DNA of 64,000 bases from Planctomycetota bacterium (lineage in GTDB: Bacteria > Planctomycetota > B15-G4 > JADJEK01), in NCBI GenBank assembly GCA_044225365.1, contig JBGAIQ010000003.1:128001-192000 (forward strand), given 5' to 3'. Within the stretch, counting starts at the first letter, position 1. Each line of letters begins with the position of its first letter. Under the pieces are notes generated by a model. The model was given only the letters and a program-made list of their open reading frames with translations. It was not told the DNA's origin and did no database searches. This document shows positions 45,903 to 56,138 of the stretch, piece after piece. Position numbers and translations under genes: made by a program.

Positions 45903-47017
45903 CGAGTTCCTTTCGACGGGTTGTCACGCGGCAGCAGGATGTACGCCGTTCCACCGCGGAGCATCCAGACGACGTCCAGTTGATCCTTGCGATAGACGCG
46001 CTTGCCTTGCTCGGGATCGGCAACCGCCGGATCGTTCACACGCAGATCGCCGTGGGCGTCGAAGCCCGTGAGCACGATGAGATGCCCGGACGTCTCGTGG
46101 TACGGCGCGCCGTCGAGCTGCCCCGCTTTCACCCCGATCGACGCGATGATCGGCTGCCCCGCTTCGAGGTTTTCATAGACCGCGTTCCAATCATCGAAGC
46201 GAGTGAGGTACCCGGGCACGCCGAACGCGAAGGCGCATTGCACCGAGCGCGGCCAGTTGCCGTAGAGATCGTTCTGTTCGTCGTAGGCCGCGGCCGCGAC
46301 ATCCGCCGGCGACCGATCCACTCCGCGGTACGCGAGCACCATCGAGAGCGATGTCGGAGAGCAGATCCGACCCGCGAGTTCGCCGCCCGCGGACTTCTGA
46401 CTGCGGAACGGGACGGAGAGATCGACGGCCGACGGCGCGGCACGGGGCGCGAGCGCGGCCGAGCCCGTCGCGCCCCCTCGCTGCGTGAACGTGAGACCGT
46501 AGCGCTCGAGCCGGCATTCACCGGCCACGCCGACCACCGCGGTGAACCGCAATCTCGCGGCCGCGAAACGATGCTCGCCGCGCGCGCGGAAGAAGTCGAC
46601 ATCGATGCGACCGCCATCGAACTCGAGAACGCAGGGATGGGCGTCGAGCGCGACTCCCTTTCCCCACGTACCGATCTCGAGCCAAGGGGACTCCGACGCA
46701 TCGGCCTCGTCCTTCCTCACCTGGACCTCGACGCGAAACGCCGCGCCCGCGACGTTCCACGAGCAGAGGAGTTCATCGAACGGGAACGGCGCCTTCGCCC
46801 ATGGCGTCACGTAGATGGCGTCCCCGAACGACTGCGGGAGCTCGGAAGGCGCGGCGGCGCGGTCGAAGAGGATCGTCGCATGGCGCGGGCGCTGCATGGT
46901 CACGGCCTCCCTCGTCCCCTCCGCGCGGCACGCCGACAACGCAATCACCGCGGCCGGAATCACGACCGCGACGAGATGCGCAAGATGGCGCGCGAGGGTT
47001 TTTCGATCGTTTCGCAA
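45899..47017 (-). CDS. Peptidase C39-like (papain-fold) lipoprotein with N-terminal beta domain
   Basis: LSAC lipobox; VPFRSQ..ICSPTSLSM, GHLIVLTGF, VNDPA (Cys-His-Asp). Confidence 0.85.
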   Translation of the reverse strand: MRNDRKTLARHLAHLVAVVIPAAVIALSACRAEGTREAVTMQRPRHATILFDRAAAPSELPQSFGDAIYVTPWAKAPFPFDELLCSWNVAGAAFRVEVQVRKDEADASESPWLEIGTWGKGVALDAHPCVLEFDGGRIDVDFFRARGEHRFAAARLRFTAVVGVAGECRLERYGLTFTQRGGATGSAALAPRAAPSAVDLSVPFRSQKSAGGELAGRICSPTSLSMVLAYRGVDRSPADVAAAAYDEQNDLYGNWPRSVQCAFAFGVPGYLTRFDDWNAVYENLEAGQPIIASIGVKAGQLDGAPYHETSGHLIVLTGFDAHGDLRVNDPAVADPEQGKRVYRKDQLDVVWMLRGGTAYILLPRDNPSKGTR

Positions 47018-47092
47018 GACGAGGTTGGCATCCTAACGGGGTTTTCTGAAGGAACGAGCGGTCGCTCACGAAGCGACTCATCACGATCCCCC

Positions 47093-47872
47093 ATGCCCCG
47101 CACGCTCGAAATCGAAGGCCTCGAGCTACGCATCTTCCCGGCGCGGAACGACGCCGAGCTCGCTGCCGCCGACCGCCTCGCAGACCTCGCGGGCGAACGC
47201 GCGCGCCGCGGCCTTTCCTGCGTTCTCGGCCTCGCCACCGGCAAGACGCCGATCGGGATCTACCGCGAGCTCGTCCGCCGCCATCGCGCGCGAGACTTCT
47301 CCTTCGGAAACGTCGAGACCTTCAACCTCGACGAGTACTGGCCGATCGACTTGAAAGCCCGCGGCAGTTTCCACCGCTTCATGCACGAGCATCTCTTCGA
47401 CCACGTCGACATCCCGCGCGGCAAGCGACACGTTCCGAATGGATCCGTCCCTGCGGCGGAGATCCCGAAGCAATGCCGCGACTACGAGGACGCGATCTCT
47501 CGCGCGGGCGGCATCGACCTGCAGCTCCTCGGGATCGGCCGCAACGGACACATTGGATTCAACGAACCCGGTTCGGATGCGGCGAGTCGCACTCGTCTCG
47601 TCGAGTTGACGGAAGAAACGGTCAACGACAATCGCGCGGACTTCGACGATCCCTCCAAGATGCCGACCCACGCGCTCACGATGGGCATCGCGACGATTCT
47701 CGAAGCGCGCGAACTGCTCGTGCTCGCGTTTGGTGCGCAGAAGGCCGGGATCGTGCGCGATTCTCTGAGGGGACCGATCTCGCCCCGGCTCCCCGCCTCG
47801 TTCCTGCGCATCGGCGCCAAGGATCGCAAGGTGACCGTGTTCCTCGATGAGGCTGCGGCGGCGGGAGTCTGA
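47093..47872 (+). CDS. nagB: Glucosamine-6-phosphate deaminase
   Basis: LGLATGKTP, FNLDEY, GGIDLQLLGIGRNGHIGFNEPG, ALTMGI. Confidence 0.95.
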   Translation: MPRTLEIEGLELRIFPARNDAELAAADRLADLAGERARRGLSCVLGLATGKTPIGIYRELVRRHRARDFSFGNVETFNLDEYWPIDLKARGSFHRFMHEHLFDHVDIPRGKRHVPNGSVPAAEIPKQCRDYEDAISRAGGIDLQLLGIGRNGHIGFNEPGSDAASRTRLVELTEETVNDNRADFDDPSKMPTHALTMGIATILEARELLVLAFGAQKAGIVRDSLRGPISPRLPASFLRIGAKDRKVTVFLDEAAAAGV

Positions 47873-48217
47873 CGCAGCGTCGCGTCCCGCGCGCAGGGCA
47901 TTGTTCCGAGTGATCGCGATCCTTAGAACGGCTCCCGCCGGCGGGCACCGGCACGTTCTGTTTCGGATCTAGGCAGTACAACCTGAAATTCGAGAGGAGC
48001 TACGGCATGTCCCGGAGCTCGTTCGCGGTTCCGTTCGCCGCGACCCGATCTGTTTGCACGACCCTCGGCGCGGAGGCTCGTGTCGTTCCCGTCACCGAAG
48101 TCCCTATCCGGGGTGATCGACCTCGAAGGCGTCCCCACTCCCACTTCTTCTCCCAATTCTCCATCGGTTCGACCTCGCCTCGTTGGGGGATGACTCGAGC
48201 TTCGTCGGAGTCGACCG

Positions 48218-49894
48218 ATGGAACCTGAAGTCGACGCAACGACTCGAGGGGCCGATCGGCCAGCGCCATCGTCCGTTCAGATGCGGATCCCGGCGGTGCC
48301 GATCGCCTTGACGATCGTTTTCGCCCTGTTCACCTTGGCACGGCCGGTCTCAGGGAACGTGCGGCTCATCGAAACGATCGTCGCCCTCGCTTCGGGCCTG
48401 TTCGTCTGGGAAGCCGTCCTCGTCCTGCACTACCGTCGGACGGGCAGCCGTTTCCGCGTCGAACCGACGATCGTGAAGTCGCACTATGTTCAGGCCGGAG
48501 TGCAATTCTGTGTGTACGTGTATTGGGGATGGCATTGGAAGGAAATCGGGGCGCACGTCCCTCTGCTCCTCGCGCAGGTCGTATTTCTCTATAATTTCGA
48601 GGCGCTACTGTCCTATTCGCGGGGAAGGAGCTGGCGCCCCGGTTTCGGCCCGCTGCCGATCGTCTTCAGTACGAACCTGCTTCTTTGGTTCCGACACGAT
48701 TGGTTCTATCTGCAATTCGCGATGATCGTCCTCGGCGCCCTCGGCAAGGAGTTCATCAAGTGGGAACGGGACGGCAAGCGAACGCACATCTTCAACCCCT
48801 CGGTGTTCGGGCAGAGCCTCATGGCCATTGTCTTGATCGCAGCCGGCGCGACGAGCCGCCTCACGCGAGGCGAGGAGATGGCGTACTCCTTCGAATCCCT
48901 GCCCCACATGCTCGTCGTCTTGTTCCTCCTCGGGCTCGTGGTTCAGTACAATTTCGCCGTCACTCTGATGACGATGTCCGCGACGGCGGTGCTCTGTCTC
49001 GTGAACCTCGCCTATACGCACTTCGTCGGAACGTACTACTTCACGACGATCACGATCGGCGCCACGATCTTCCTGGGACTGCACCTGCTGGTCACCGACC
49101 CGTCGACATCCCCCAGGACCAACGTCGGTCGAGTGCTGTTCGGCGCCTCTTACGGACTCGGCTATGCAGCGCTGTATCGAGTACTCGGCGACGCCGGCGT
49201 GCCGATCTTCTGGGACAAGCTGCTCGCGGTTCCCCTATTGAATCTGTGCGTCCCCCTCCTCGATGGGGTCGCTCGATCTGGAATCGTCGGCAGGGTGAAT
49301 TCAGCTTGGGAGAGCGCCCTGCGGCCCCGAACGATGAACCTGGTCCACATGTCGCTCTGGGTGGTGATGTTCCTCACGATCGTATGGACCGGATTCGCGG
49401 CCGGACCGAAAGAGGCTCGCTCCATCGCGTTCTGGTACAAGGCGTATGAAGAGGGGCGATATCACGCCGGCGAGACGCTCCTCGAGATGGTGAAATACGG
49501 AGTGTCGCGAAATTCCGGTGAGGCCTGCAATCTCCTCGGAAAACTATATCTCGAAGGAAAGCTCGTCGAGAAGGACGATGCCAAAGCAGCTCTATATTTC
49601 GCAAAGGCATGCGAACTAGGATTCGGTTTGGGCTGCGAGAACGTCGTCTGGCAGTATCTCACCCAGCGCAGAACGCAGTCGCCGGAGGATCTGGCACGAG
49701 CCATCGATCTCCTCGAACGAACCTTGCAGGATCACCCGGAGGGTTCGAACTTCTTCCTCGTCGGAATCGCTTACGAGATGGGAATCGGTCGGCCAACGAA
49801 CAAGCTGCGAGCTCTCGCGCTCTATCGAGAAGGTTGCAGTCGCGGCAACGCCGACTGCTGCACGGGACTCTCGCGAGTCCGCGGTCAGGGGTGA
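48218..49894 (+). CDS. RnfD/NqrB-like (UnbU-type) membrane protein with C-terminal Sel1-like repeats
   Basis: Many TMs; HIFNPS and VTDPSTSP motifs; ACNLLGKLYLEG..KAALYFAKAC and ALALYREGC Sel1 repeats. Confidence 0.75.
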   Translation: MEPEVDATTRGADRPAPSSVQMRIPAVPIALTIVFALFTLARPVSGNVRLIETIVALASGLFVWEAVLVLHYRRTGSRFRVEPTIVKSHYVQAGVQFCVYVYWGWHWKEIGAHVPLLLAQVVFLYNFEALLSYSRGRSWRPGFGPLPIVFSTNLLLWFRHDWFYLQFAMIVLGALGKEFIKWERDGKRTHIFNPSVFGQSLMAIVLIAAGATSRLTRGEEMAYSFESLPHMLVVLFLLGLVVQYNFAVTLMTMSATAVLCLVNLAYTHFVGTYYFTTITIGATIFLGLHLLVTDPSTSPRTNVGRVLFGASYGLGYAALYRVLGDAGVPIFWDKLLAVPLLNLCVPLLDGVARSGIVGRVNSAWESALRPRTMNLVHMSLWVVMFLTIVWTGFAAGPKEARSIAFWYKAYEEGRYHAGETLLEMVKYGVSRNSGEACNLLGKLYLEGKLVEKDDAKAALYFAKACELGFGLGCENVVWQYLTQRRTQSPEDLARAIDLLERTLQDHPEGSNFFLVGIAYEMGIGRPTNKLRALALYREGCSRGNADCCTGLSRVRGQG

Positions 49895-49978
49895 CCGTAC
49901 GTTCCAATGGTGGATCGCAACGAGTAGCGTGGGTCCTGCCTTCGCGCTCGGTCGAGACCGAGCGCATCCTCCCGTCCG

Positions 49979-52723
49979 ATGGCGGCGGCCGCCGCGCCAA
50001 CCCGGGTCGACCCGCGTGACCCCGATCCCAACGACCAAGAGTTGCATTTGACCGACATCTCGCTCGTGAGCACGATCGCGGCCGCATTCACGGGCGCCTG
50101 GCTGCTCGGCCTCGCCACCCAGAAGCTCCGACTGTCGCCGATCGTCGGGTACTTGCTCGCGGGAGTGCTGATCGGCCCCTATACGCCGGGTTTCGTCGGC
50201 GATGTCGGGGTCGCGAATCAACTCGCCGAGGTCGGCGTCATCCTGCTCATGTTCGGTGTCGGACTCCATTTCCACGTGCGCGATCTGCTCGCCGTGAAGG
50301 CCGTCGCGCTCCCGGGAGCGATCGGCCAGGGTCTCGTCGCGACGCTTCTCGGTTTCTTGATCTTCACCCGACTCGGGGAGTCTGCCGCGTCCAGCCTCGT
50401 CCTCGGGGTGGCCTTTGCGGTCGCGAGTACCGTCGTCTTGATGCGGGTCCTGATGGATGCCGAGGCCCTCGAATCTCCCGCGGGTCACGTCGTCGTCGGT
50501 TGGCTCCTCGTCGAGGACGTGTTGACCGTCATCGTCCTCGTGCTGATCCCGACGCTCGGGACGAGCGCGATCACGCAAGGCGGTCTCGCATCGTCCAGTT
50601 CCATTCCGTCCGACATCTCGCCCTGGCTTCGCGCCGGGATCGCGATCGCGAAGCTCAGTGCGTTCGTCGCGGTCGTGGGCTTCGTCGGGCCGCGACTCAT
50701 TCCGTGGGTGCTCGTGCGGGTCGCGCGCCTGCGCTCCCGTGAGCTCTTCACACTCACCGTCCTCGTCATGTCCATCGCCGTCGCGACGGCGTCGTACGAG
50801 TTCTTCGGCGCCTCCGTCGCGCTCGGCGCGTTCCTCGGCGGGATGTTGGTGTCGCTCTCCCCGCTCGCCCACCAGGCCGCGGCGGACGCGCTGCCGCTGC
50901 GCGATGCTTTCTCCGTGCTCTTCTTCGTCTCGGTCGGGATGCTCTTCGATCCCGCGGTGTTGATCCGTGAGCCCGCGATGCTCGCCGCGGCGCTCGCCAT
51001 CGTGCTCGTCGCCAAGCCGCTCGCCGCGCTTGCGATCGTCGCGATCCTCGGCGGCTCGTCGCACACCGCGCTCACGGTCGCCATCGGCCTCGCGCAGATC
51101 GGCGAGTTCTCGTTCATCCTCTCGGAATCGGCACGCACGCACGGATTGCTCTCCGAATCGGGACATCACGTGCTGGTGGCGACCGCGATCCTGACGATCA
51201 CGTTGAACCCCATTCTGTTTCGCACGCTGCCGTCGATCGAAGCGTGGCTCGAGCGGCACCCGCGACTCCATCGCTTTGCGAACGCACGCTCGCGGCGCGA
51301 CGGGCTCTCGAAAGGCCACGCGACGGCCGCCGCGCACGCGGTGCCCGCCGACTCGGGGCGACGCGTCGGCATCGTCGTCGGATACGGACCCGTGGGACGC
51401 GCCGTCGATCGATTCCTGCGCGAAGGAGGGCTCGACACCGTCGTCGTGGATCTCAACATCGATACGGTCGCGGAACTGCAGAAGGCCGGCCGACCCTCCG
51501 TGTATGGAGACGCTTCGCGTTCCGAGGTCCTCGAGCGCGCCGGTGTCGCCAAGGCCACCCACCTCGTGCTGACGGTCCCACGCTCCGACGTTCGGCACGC
51601 CGTCATCGCCCTCGCCCGCAGTCTGAATGGCGCGCTGCGAATCTACGTTCGCGCTTTCTACCTCTCCGAGCGTCCTCAACTCGAAGTCCTCGGCGTTACC
51701 GCAGCGGTCTACGAGGAGACGGAGAGTGCCGTGGCGCTCGCTCGCCTCGTGCTCGCCGATTCCGGAACGCGCGGGATCGCGATGGAGGATCGCGTGCTCG
51801 AACTCCGTCTGCGAATCCTCCTCGACGACCCCGCGTGGATCGGAAGACGACCCGTGCACGAGGTCATGATCCCATGGAACGGCGTCGAGCGGATCTCCTC
51901 GAACGCGGGCGCATCGGTCGTGAGTCGCACTCTGCGCGATTCCGCGCTCGACGCGCTCGTGGTCGTGGACTCCGCGAACGACGATCCCATCGGAATGTTG
52001 CTCCCGCGTGATTCCGATGCGGTGAACGCAGCGGGCGCCGATTGGGCCCTAAAGACTCGGCATCTCGAGCGGATCGCTCCCGACTCGACGATTCGCGACG
52101 CGCTCGCCGCGCTCTCTTCGCAGGCGTGCGACGGCCTGCTCGTTCCGGGAAGCGGCACGATCCTCGGCCTCGTGACGAAGGAGGTCGTCCTGCGAAATGC
52201 ATCCGGACCCGTCACTTCGAAGGTGATCTCCGTCGACGGGTCGCTCCTCCTCGACCTGGTCTCGGAGGAGACCATCGTCCCGCGACTTCAGGCCGAATCG
52301 CTCGAGGATGCGATCGTGGAGCTCGCCCGGACGATCGCTCCGTCGAAGCTGCCCGCGGACGTCGACGTCGCCTCGCTCTCGCTCGCGCGCGAGCGAGAGC
52401 TGTCGACGGACATCGGGAAGGGAGTCGCGATTCCGCACGCGCGAGTTCGGGGGCTCGAGACCTCGATCGTCGTCGTCGGCCGCTCGGAATCGGGCCTGCC
52501 GACCGACACTCCGTATTCCGAACCCATTCACCTCGTCTTCCTGCTCGTCACGCCCTCCGATCGACCGGATCAGCAAATGCGAATCCTGTCGCGCGTGGCT
52601 CGCCTCGTCGGGAGCGCCGAGATTCGCGGGCGCTTGGTCGAGGCCCGCACGATTCCCGCGATCCTCGAGATCCTCGGGGATGCGGATCGAGCCATTCGCG
52701 AACGAGACTCCGATCCCGGCTGA
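49979..52723 (+). CDS. CPA2 cation:proton antiporter (YbaL-like) + RCK/TrkA-N + CBS-like + PTS EIIA domains; start may be ~50042
   Basis: IVGYLLAG, LAEVGVILLMFGVGL, LLVED, LAQIGEFSF; GYGPVG (RCK); VHEVMIP..PIGML (CBS-like); REREL ST..G.GVAIPHAR (EIIA). Confidence 0.88.
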   Translation: MAAAAAPTRVDPRDPDPNDQELHLTDISLVSTIAAAFTGAWLLGLATQKLRLSPIVGYLLAGVLIGPYTPGFVGDVGVANQLAEVGVILLMFGVGLHFHVRDLLAVKAVALPGAIGQGLVATLLGFLIFTRLGESAASSLVLGVAFAVASTVVLMRVLMDAEALESPAGHVVVGWLLVEDVLTVIVLVLIPTLGTSAITQGGLASSSSIPSDISPWLRAGIAIAKLSAFVAVVGFVGPRLIPWVLVRVARLRSRELFTLTVLVMSIAVATASYEFFGASVALGAFLGGMLVSLSPLAHQAAADALPLRDAFSVLFFVSVGMLFDPAVLIREPAMLAAALAIVLVAKPLAALAIVAILGGSSHTALTVAIGLAQIGEFSFILSESARTHGLLSESGHHVLVATAILTITLNPILFRTLPSIEAWLERHPRLHRFANARSRRDGLSKGHATAAAHAVPADSGRRVGIVVGYGPVGRAVDRFLREGGLDTVVVDLNIDTVAELQKAGRPSVYGDASRSEVLERAGVAKATHLVLTVPRSDVRHAVIALARSLNGALRIYVRAFYLSERPQLEVLGVTAAVYEETESAVALARLVLADSGTRGIAMEDRVLELRLRILLDDPAWIGRRPVHEVMIPWNGVERISSNAGASVVSRTLRDSALDALVVVDSANDDPIGMLLPRDSDAVNAAGADWALKTRHLERIAPDSTIRDALAALSSQACDGLLVPGSGTILGLVTKEVVLRNASGPVTSKVISVDGSLLLDLVSEETIVPRLQAESLEDAIVELARTIAPSKLPADVDVASLSLARERELSTDIGKGVAIPHARVRGLETSIVVVGRSESGLPTDTPYSEPIHLVFLLVTPSDRPDQQMRILSRVARLVGSAEIRGRLVEARTIPAILEILGDADRAIRERDSDPG

Positions 52724-52815
52724 GGACGCTCTTCGCGCTCCGAACCGCTCGCTTCGACCTGCGGGACGAGCACGCGTCGCGAAGCGAAGAACGAGATCGA
52801 TCCGCCGAAGAAGAT

Positions 52816-53547
52816 CTACTCCCGAGGCATGGGCCTCCGCCCAATCCATTCGAGCGTGTAGCGCCATTGCAGGTGCGACGTCACGACGGCTCCGGGTAGT
52901 TGCTCCTTCGATAGCGCCACGACCTCACGCCTCGTGAGATACCGCTCGCCGCGCGCATGGTCGCTCCATGCGGCGCGCAGCCGGGCATTCGAAAGGAGCC
53001 GCCCCGCTCGCAGGCGTGTGATCGCGCGCGCGAGCACGGCGAACGGGAGCATGGCTCGATCGACGATGCCCTCGTTCGCGCGCAGGTCGTGGACGAGCAG
53101 GAGACCGCCCGGCGCGAGCAGATCGACCATGCGACGCAACGCCGGAACGAGCGGCAGGTGGTGCAGCGTCGCGACCGAGAGGACGACGTCGAATCCCCCG
53201 TCCTCTCCGCGGGGCAGTTCGAGTTCGAAGAAGTCGCCGCACTCGTAGCGGATGGAACCCCCGGTCGTGCGCTCGCGCGCGACGCGGATCATCTCCGGGG
53301 AGAGGTCGACTCCAAGGATGCTCGCACCGAGGCCGCACCGCGTGGCGAGCGCGCGCGTGAGGCCGCCGGTACCGCAGCCGATCTCGAGGATCCGCACGGG
53401 CCGCACGAGGAGCTTCGTGGACGCTTGGATCCGCCCCAGCACGAAATCGTCGTAGATCGAGAGATGCGCGGACTCGTCGACATCGAGCCTCGCGATGCGA
53501 TCGAAATCGGCGCGGACCTTCTCGCGGTTCAGATCGGCGCCCCGCAC
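52816..53547 (-). CDS. Class I SAM-dependent methyltransferase; start uncertain
   Basis: ILEIGCGTG, GVDLSPEMI, FDVVLSVATLHH, LAPGG. Confidence 0.88.
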   Translation of the reverse strand: MRGADLNREKVRADFDRIARLDVDESAHLSIYDDFVLGRIQASTKLLVRPVRILEIGCGTGGLTRALATRCGLGASILGVDLSPEMIRVARERTTGGSIRYECGDFFELELPRGEDGGFDVVLSVATLHHLPLVPALRRMVDLLAPGGLLLVHDLRANEGIVDRAMLPFAVLARAITRLRAGRLLSNARLRAAWSDHARGERYLTRREVVALSKEQLPGAVVTSHLQWRYTLEWIGRRPMPRE

Positions 53548-53984
53548 TGCGAGCAGAACTTCGCGTGCTCGTCGTTGAGCGCGGCGCACCCCTGGCACTT
53601 CAACTTGACGACCTGGACGACCTGGGGTTCGTCGCGCTTCTTCGAGAGGTCGATGCCCGCTTCGTCGAGCGCGTCCCCGAGCATGCCGCCGGTCTGCCGG
53701 CTGAAGGGTTCGAGGTCCTCCCGCGCCTGCTGCGGATCGAGTATCGCACCGGAGCCGGCGAGACCACGCGCGCCGATCCCGCGGATCGCGCCGCCCAGCA
53801 TCATCAGGATCATCCCGAAGAAGGCGCGGCCGAAGTCGGACTTGGCATCGCCGACGAAGTTCGAGAAGTCCCCGAAGTGCGAGATGAACGTCACGAACGT
53901 CGAGAGGAACAGGATGAGGCCGAGCCCCATGAGTCCCGAGCCGATGTAATACGCCGTCTTCCGCTCGTCCGAGATCTGTCGCAT
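53529..53984 (-). CDS. Membrane protein with C-terminal zinc ribbon
   Basis: GGAG SD; two TMs; CQGC..N...AKFCSQCG. Confidence 0.85.
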   Translation of the reverse strand: MRQISDERKTAYYIGSGLMGLGLILFLSTFVTFISHFGDFSNFVGDAKSDFGRAFFGMILMMLGGAIRGIGARGLAGSGAILDPQQAREDLEPFSRQTGGMLGDALDEAGIDLSKKRDEPQVVQVVKLKCQGCAALNDEHAKFCSQCGAPI

Positions 53985-54185
53985 CGGTGCTCCGCGTTCT
54001 CCTTCACGACTCGACCAGCGGGTCGATCTTGCGCGCATCGCGCGCTCTCTGTTCGAGCGAAAATCAGGGAATCCCCGTCGTCCCGCGCCCGAGGATCTCG
54101 AGTTCCGATTTGAACAGCCATCGAGGACTTGTTGGACTGCGCCGCATCGCGCCCGCCGAGATCCCAACTCCGCCGATCCTACTCC

Positions 54186-56033
54186 ATGACCTCGATTCCC
54201 ACCGCCCTGCTCGCGTCGAACTTCGGTCTGCTCGACTGGGGTATCGTCATCGGGTACCTCGTCATCACGACGATCATCGGCGAGCGTCTCGCGGGGAAGC
54301 AGGCGACGATCCGCGACTTCTTCCTCGGCGGGCGCAAGCTCCCGTGGTGGGCGGTCGCGGGCTCGAACATCGCGACGGAGATCTCCGCCGTCACCTTCGT
54401 CTCCGTCCCGTTCGTCGTGTTCAAGCCGGGCGGCAATTTCACGTATCTCCAGTTCGGTCTCATCGGCAGCCTGCTCGCGCGCCTCATCGTCGGCTACGTG
54501 CTGGTGCCCGCGTACTTCAAACGCGAGATCTACAGCCCGTACGACTACATGGCGAACCAGCTCGGAACTGGCGTCAAGAAAGTGTGCTCGGCGCTGTTCG
54601 CGTTCGGCGGCATCCTCGCCCAGGGCTCGCGCGTGTACCTCACCGCGATCGTGCTGCGGCTCGCGCTGGGCGACGACGTGATGCGACCGATCGAGGAAGC
54701 GACGGGGATGTCGTCGCTCTCGCTCTCGATCTGGTTCATCGGGATCGTCGCGACGATCTGGACGATCCTCGGCGGCATCACGACGGTGATCTGGACCGAC
54801 GTCATCCTCTTCTTCGTGTTCCTGCTCGGCGGCTTCGTCGCGCTCTGGGCGGTGGCGAGCAAGCTCGACGGCGGACTCTCCGAGATCATCGAGGTCGGCA
54901 AAGCCGCGGGGAAGTTCAAGTTCCTCGACTTCAGCACCGACCCGACGCAGGCCTACACCGTCTGGGCCGCCGCGATCGCGGTGACGTGGGGCAACGTCGG
55001 CGCGTTCGGCACCGATCAGTTGATGGCGCAGCGCATGTTCTGCTGCAAGGACGAGAAGGCGGCGCGCTGGGCCGTGATCGCCGCGGCGTTCGGGCAGGTC
55101 TTCACCGCGACCGTGATGCTCGTCGGCGTCGGGCTCTTCGCGTTCTATCAGAAGCACCCGCTCACGGGTTCGGCACTCGCCCACGTCGAGGAGAAGGGCG
55201 ACAGCATCTTCCCGATCTTCATCTTGAACGAGGTGCCGAGCGGTTTGTCCGGCCTCATCATCGCCGGCATCTTCGCGGCCGCGATCTCGAGCCTCGACGG
55301 CATTCTCTCCGCGCTGTCGCAGACGGCGATGGCGACCCTGTACGAACCGATCCGCAAGCGGCGCCTGAGAGAGCGGGGACTCGCGACCGCGGACGCGATC
55401 GAGGAGAAGCAGGAAGTTCGCGTGAGCCGCTACTTCGTCGTGCTCGCGGGACTCGTGCTGAGCTTCGTCGCCCTCGGAATGGACGAAGTTGCGAAGCACT
55501 ACAAGTCGATCCTCGATCTCGCGCTCGGACTCGCGGCCTATGCGCAGGGCGGCTTGCTCGCGGGGTTCCTGCTCGCGTTCCTGCCCTTGAAGCGCGATGG
55601 CTACGGACTCGTGTGGAGCGTCCCGCTGTCGTGCCTCGCCGTGTTCGCGATGAACTGGCAGCCGGACGTCCAGGTGGATGAAGACAACTTCCTCCCGACC
55701 TTCATCTGCTTCGTGGGCTGCTCTTTGATCCTCGCACTCTACGTCGTGTTCGAGCTGAGAAAGGGTCACCGACGCACGCGGCATTTCGCGGAAAAAACTC
55801 TCGCCCTCGCCGCCGGTGGGGCTTTCGTCATCTGGCTCAATTGGAACGCGCACTTCCAAGTCGGGTTCAAGGGCCCTCTTTCGATCCCCGATCCGCGGCC
55901 GAGCTATGCAATGCTGGCTTTTCCGTGGCATGCGCCGATCGGCTGCGTGATTGCGTTCACACTCGGCTGGTTGCTCGGAAACCCGCGCGAACCGGCGGCG
56001 GCTCAACCCGCGACGGTCGCGCGGCCGATCTAA
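54186..56033 (+). CDS. Sodium:solute symporter (SSS/SLC5)
   Basis: FFLGGRKLPWW, ATEISAVTF, GG...VIWTD, GTDQLMAQR, AAAISSLD. Confidence 0.92.
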   Translation: MTSIPTALLASNFGLLDWGIVIGYLVITTIIGERLAGKQATIRDFFLGGRKLPWWAVAGSNIATEISAVTFVSVPFVVFKPGGNFTYLQFGLIGSLLARLIVGYVLVPAYFKREIYSPYDYMANQLGTGVKKVCSALFAFGGILAQGSRVYLTAIVLRLALGDDVMRPIEEATGMSSLSLSIWFIGIVATIWTILGGITTVIWTDVILFFVFLLGGFVALWAVASKLDGGLSEIIEVGKAAGKFKFLDFSTDPTQAYTVWAAAIAVTWGNVGAFGTDQLMAQRMFCCKDEKAARWAVIAAAFGQVFTATVMLVGVGLFAFYQKHPLTGSALAHVEEKGDSIFPIFILNEVPSGLSGLIIAGIFAAAISSLDGILSALSQTAMATLYEPIRKRRLRERGLATADAIEEKQEVRVSRYFVVLAGLVLSFVALGMDEVAKHYKSILDLALGLAAYAQGGLLAGFLLAFLPLKRDGYGLVWSVPLSCLAVFAMNWQPDVQVDEDNFLPTFICFVGCSLILALYVVFELRKGHRRTRHFAEKTLALAAGGAFVIWLNWNAHFQVGFKGPLSIPDPRPSYAMLAFPWHAPIGCVIAFTLGWLLGNPREPAAAQPATVARPI

Positions 56034-56138
56034 GAACTACGAAGTTGCGCAAAGCCTGCGCCTGGGCGAAGAAGGGGCGCGTTCCGACGAACCGGTCGGT
56101 CGCCCGTTCCTGCGCCGGATACGAATTGGAGGCTCCCC

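Noticed and set aside
48218-49894. Genuine Rnf/Nqr respiratory complex
   Set aside because: No other subunits adjacent, and the Sel1 fusion is atypical
49915-49966. yybP-ykoY riboswitch upstream of the antiporter (GAGTAG...GAGACC)
   Set aside because: No recognisable L3 motif or four-way junction; GAGACC is part of a simple GCGCTCGGTC/GACCGAGCGC hairpin. An Rfam scan would settle it
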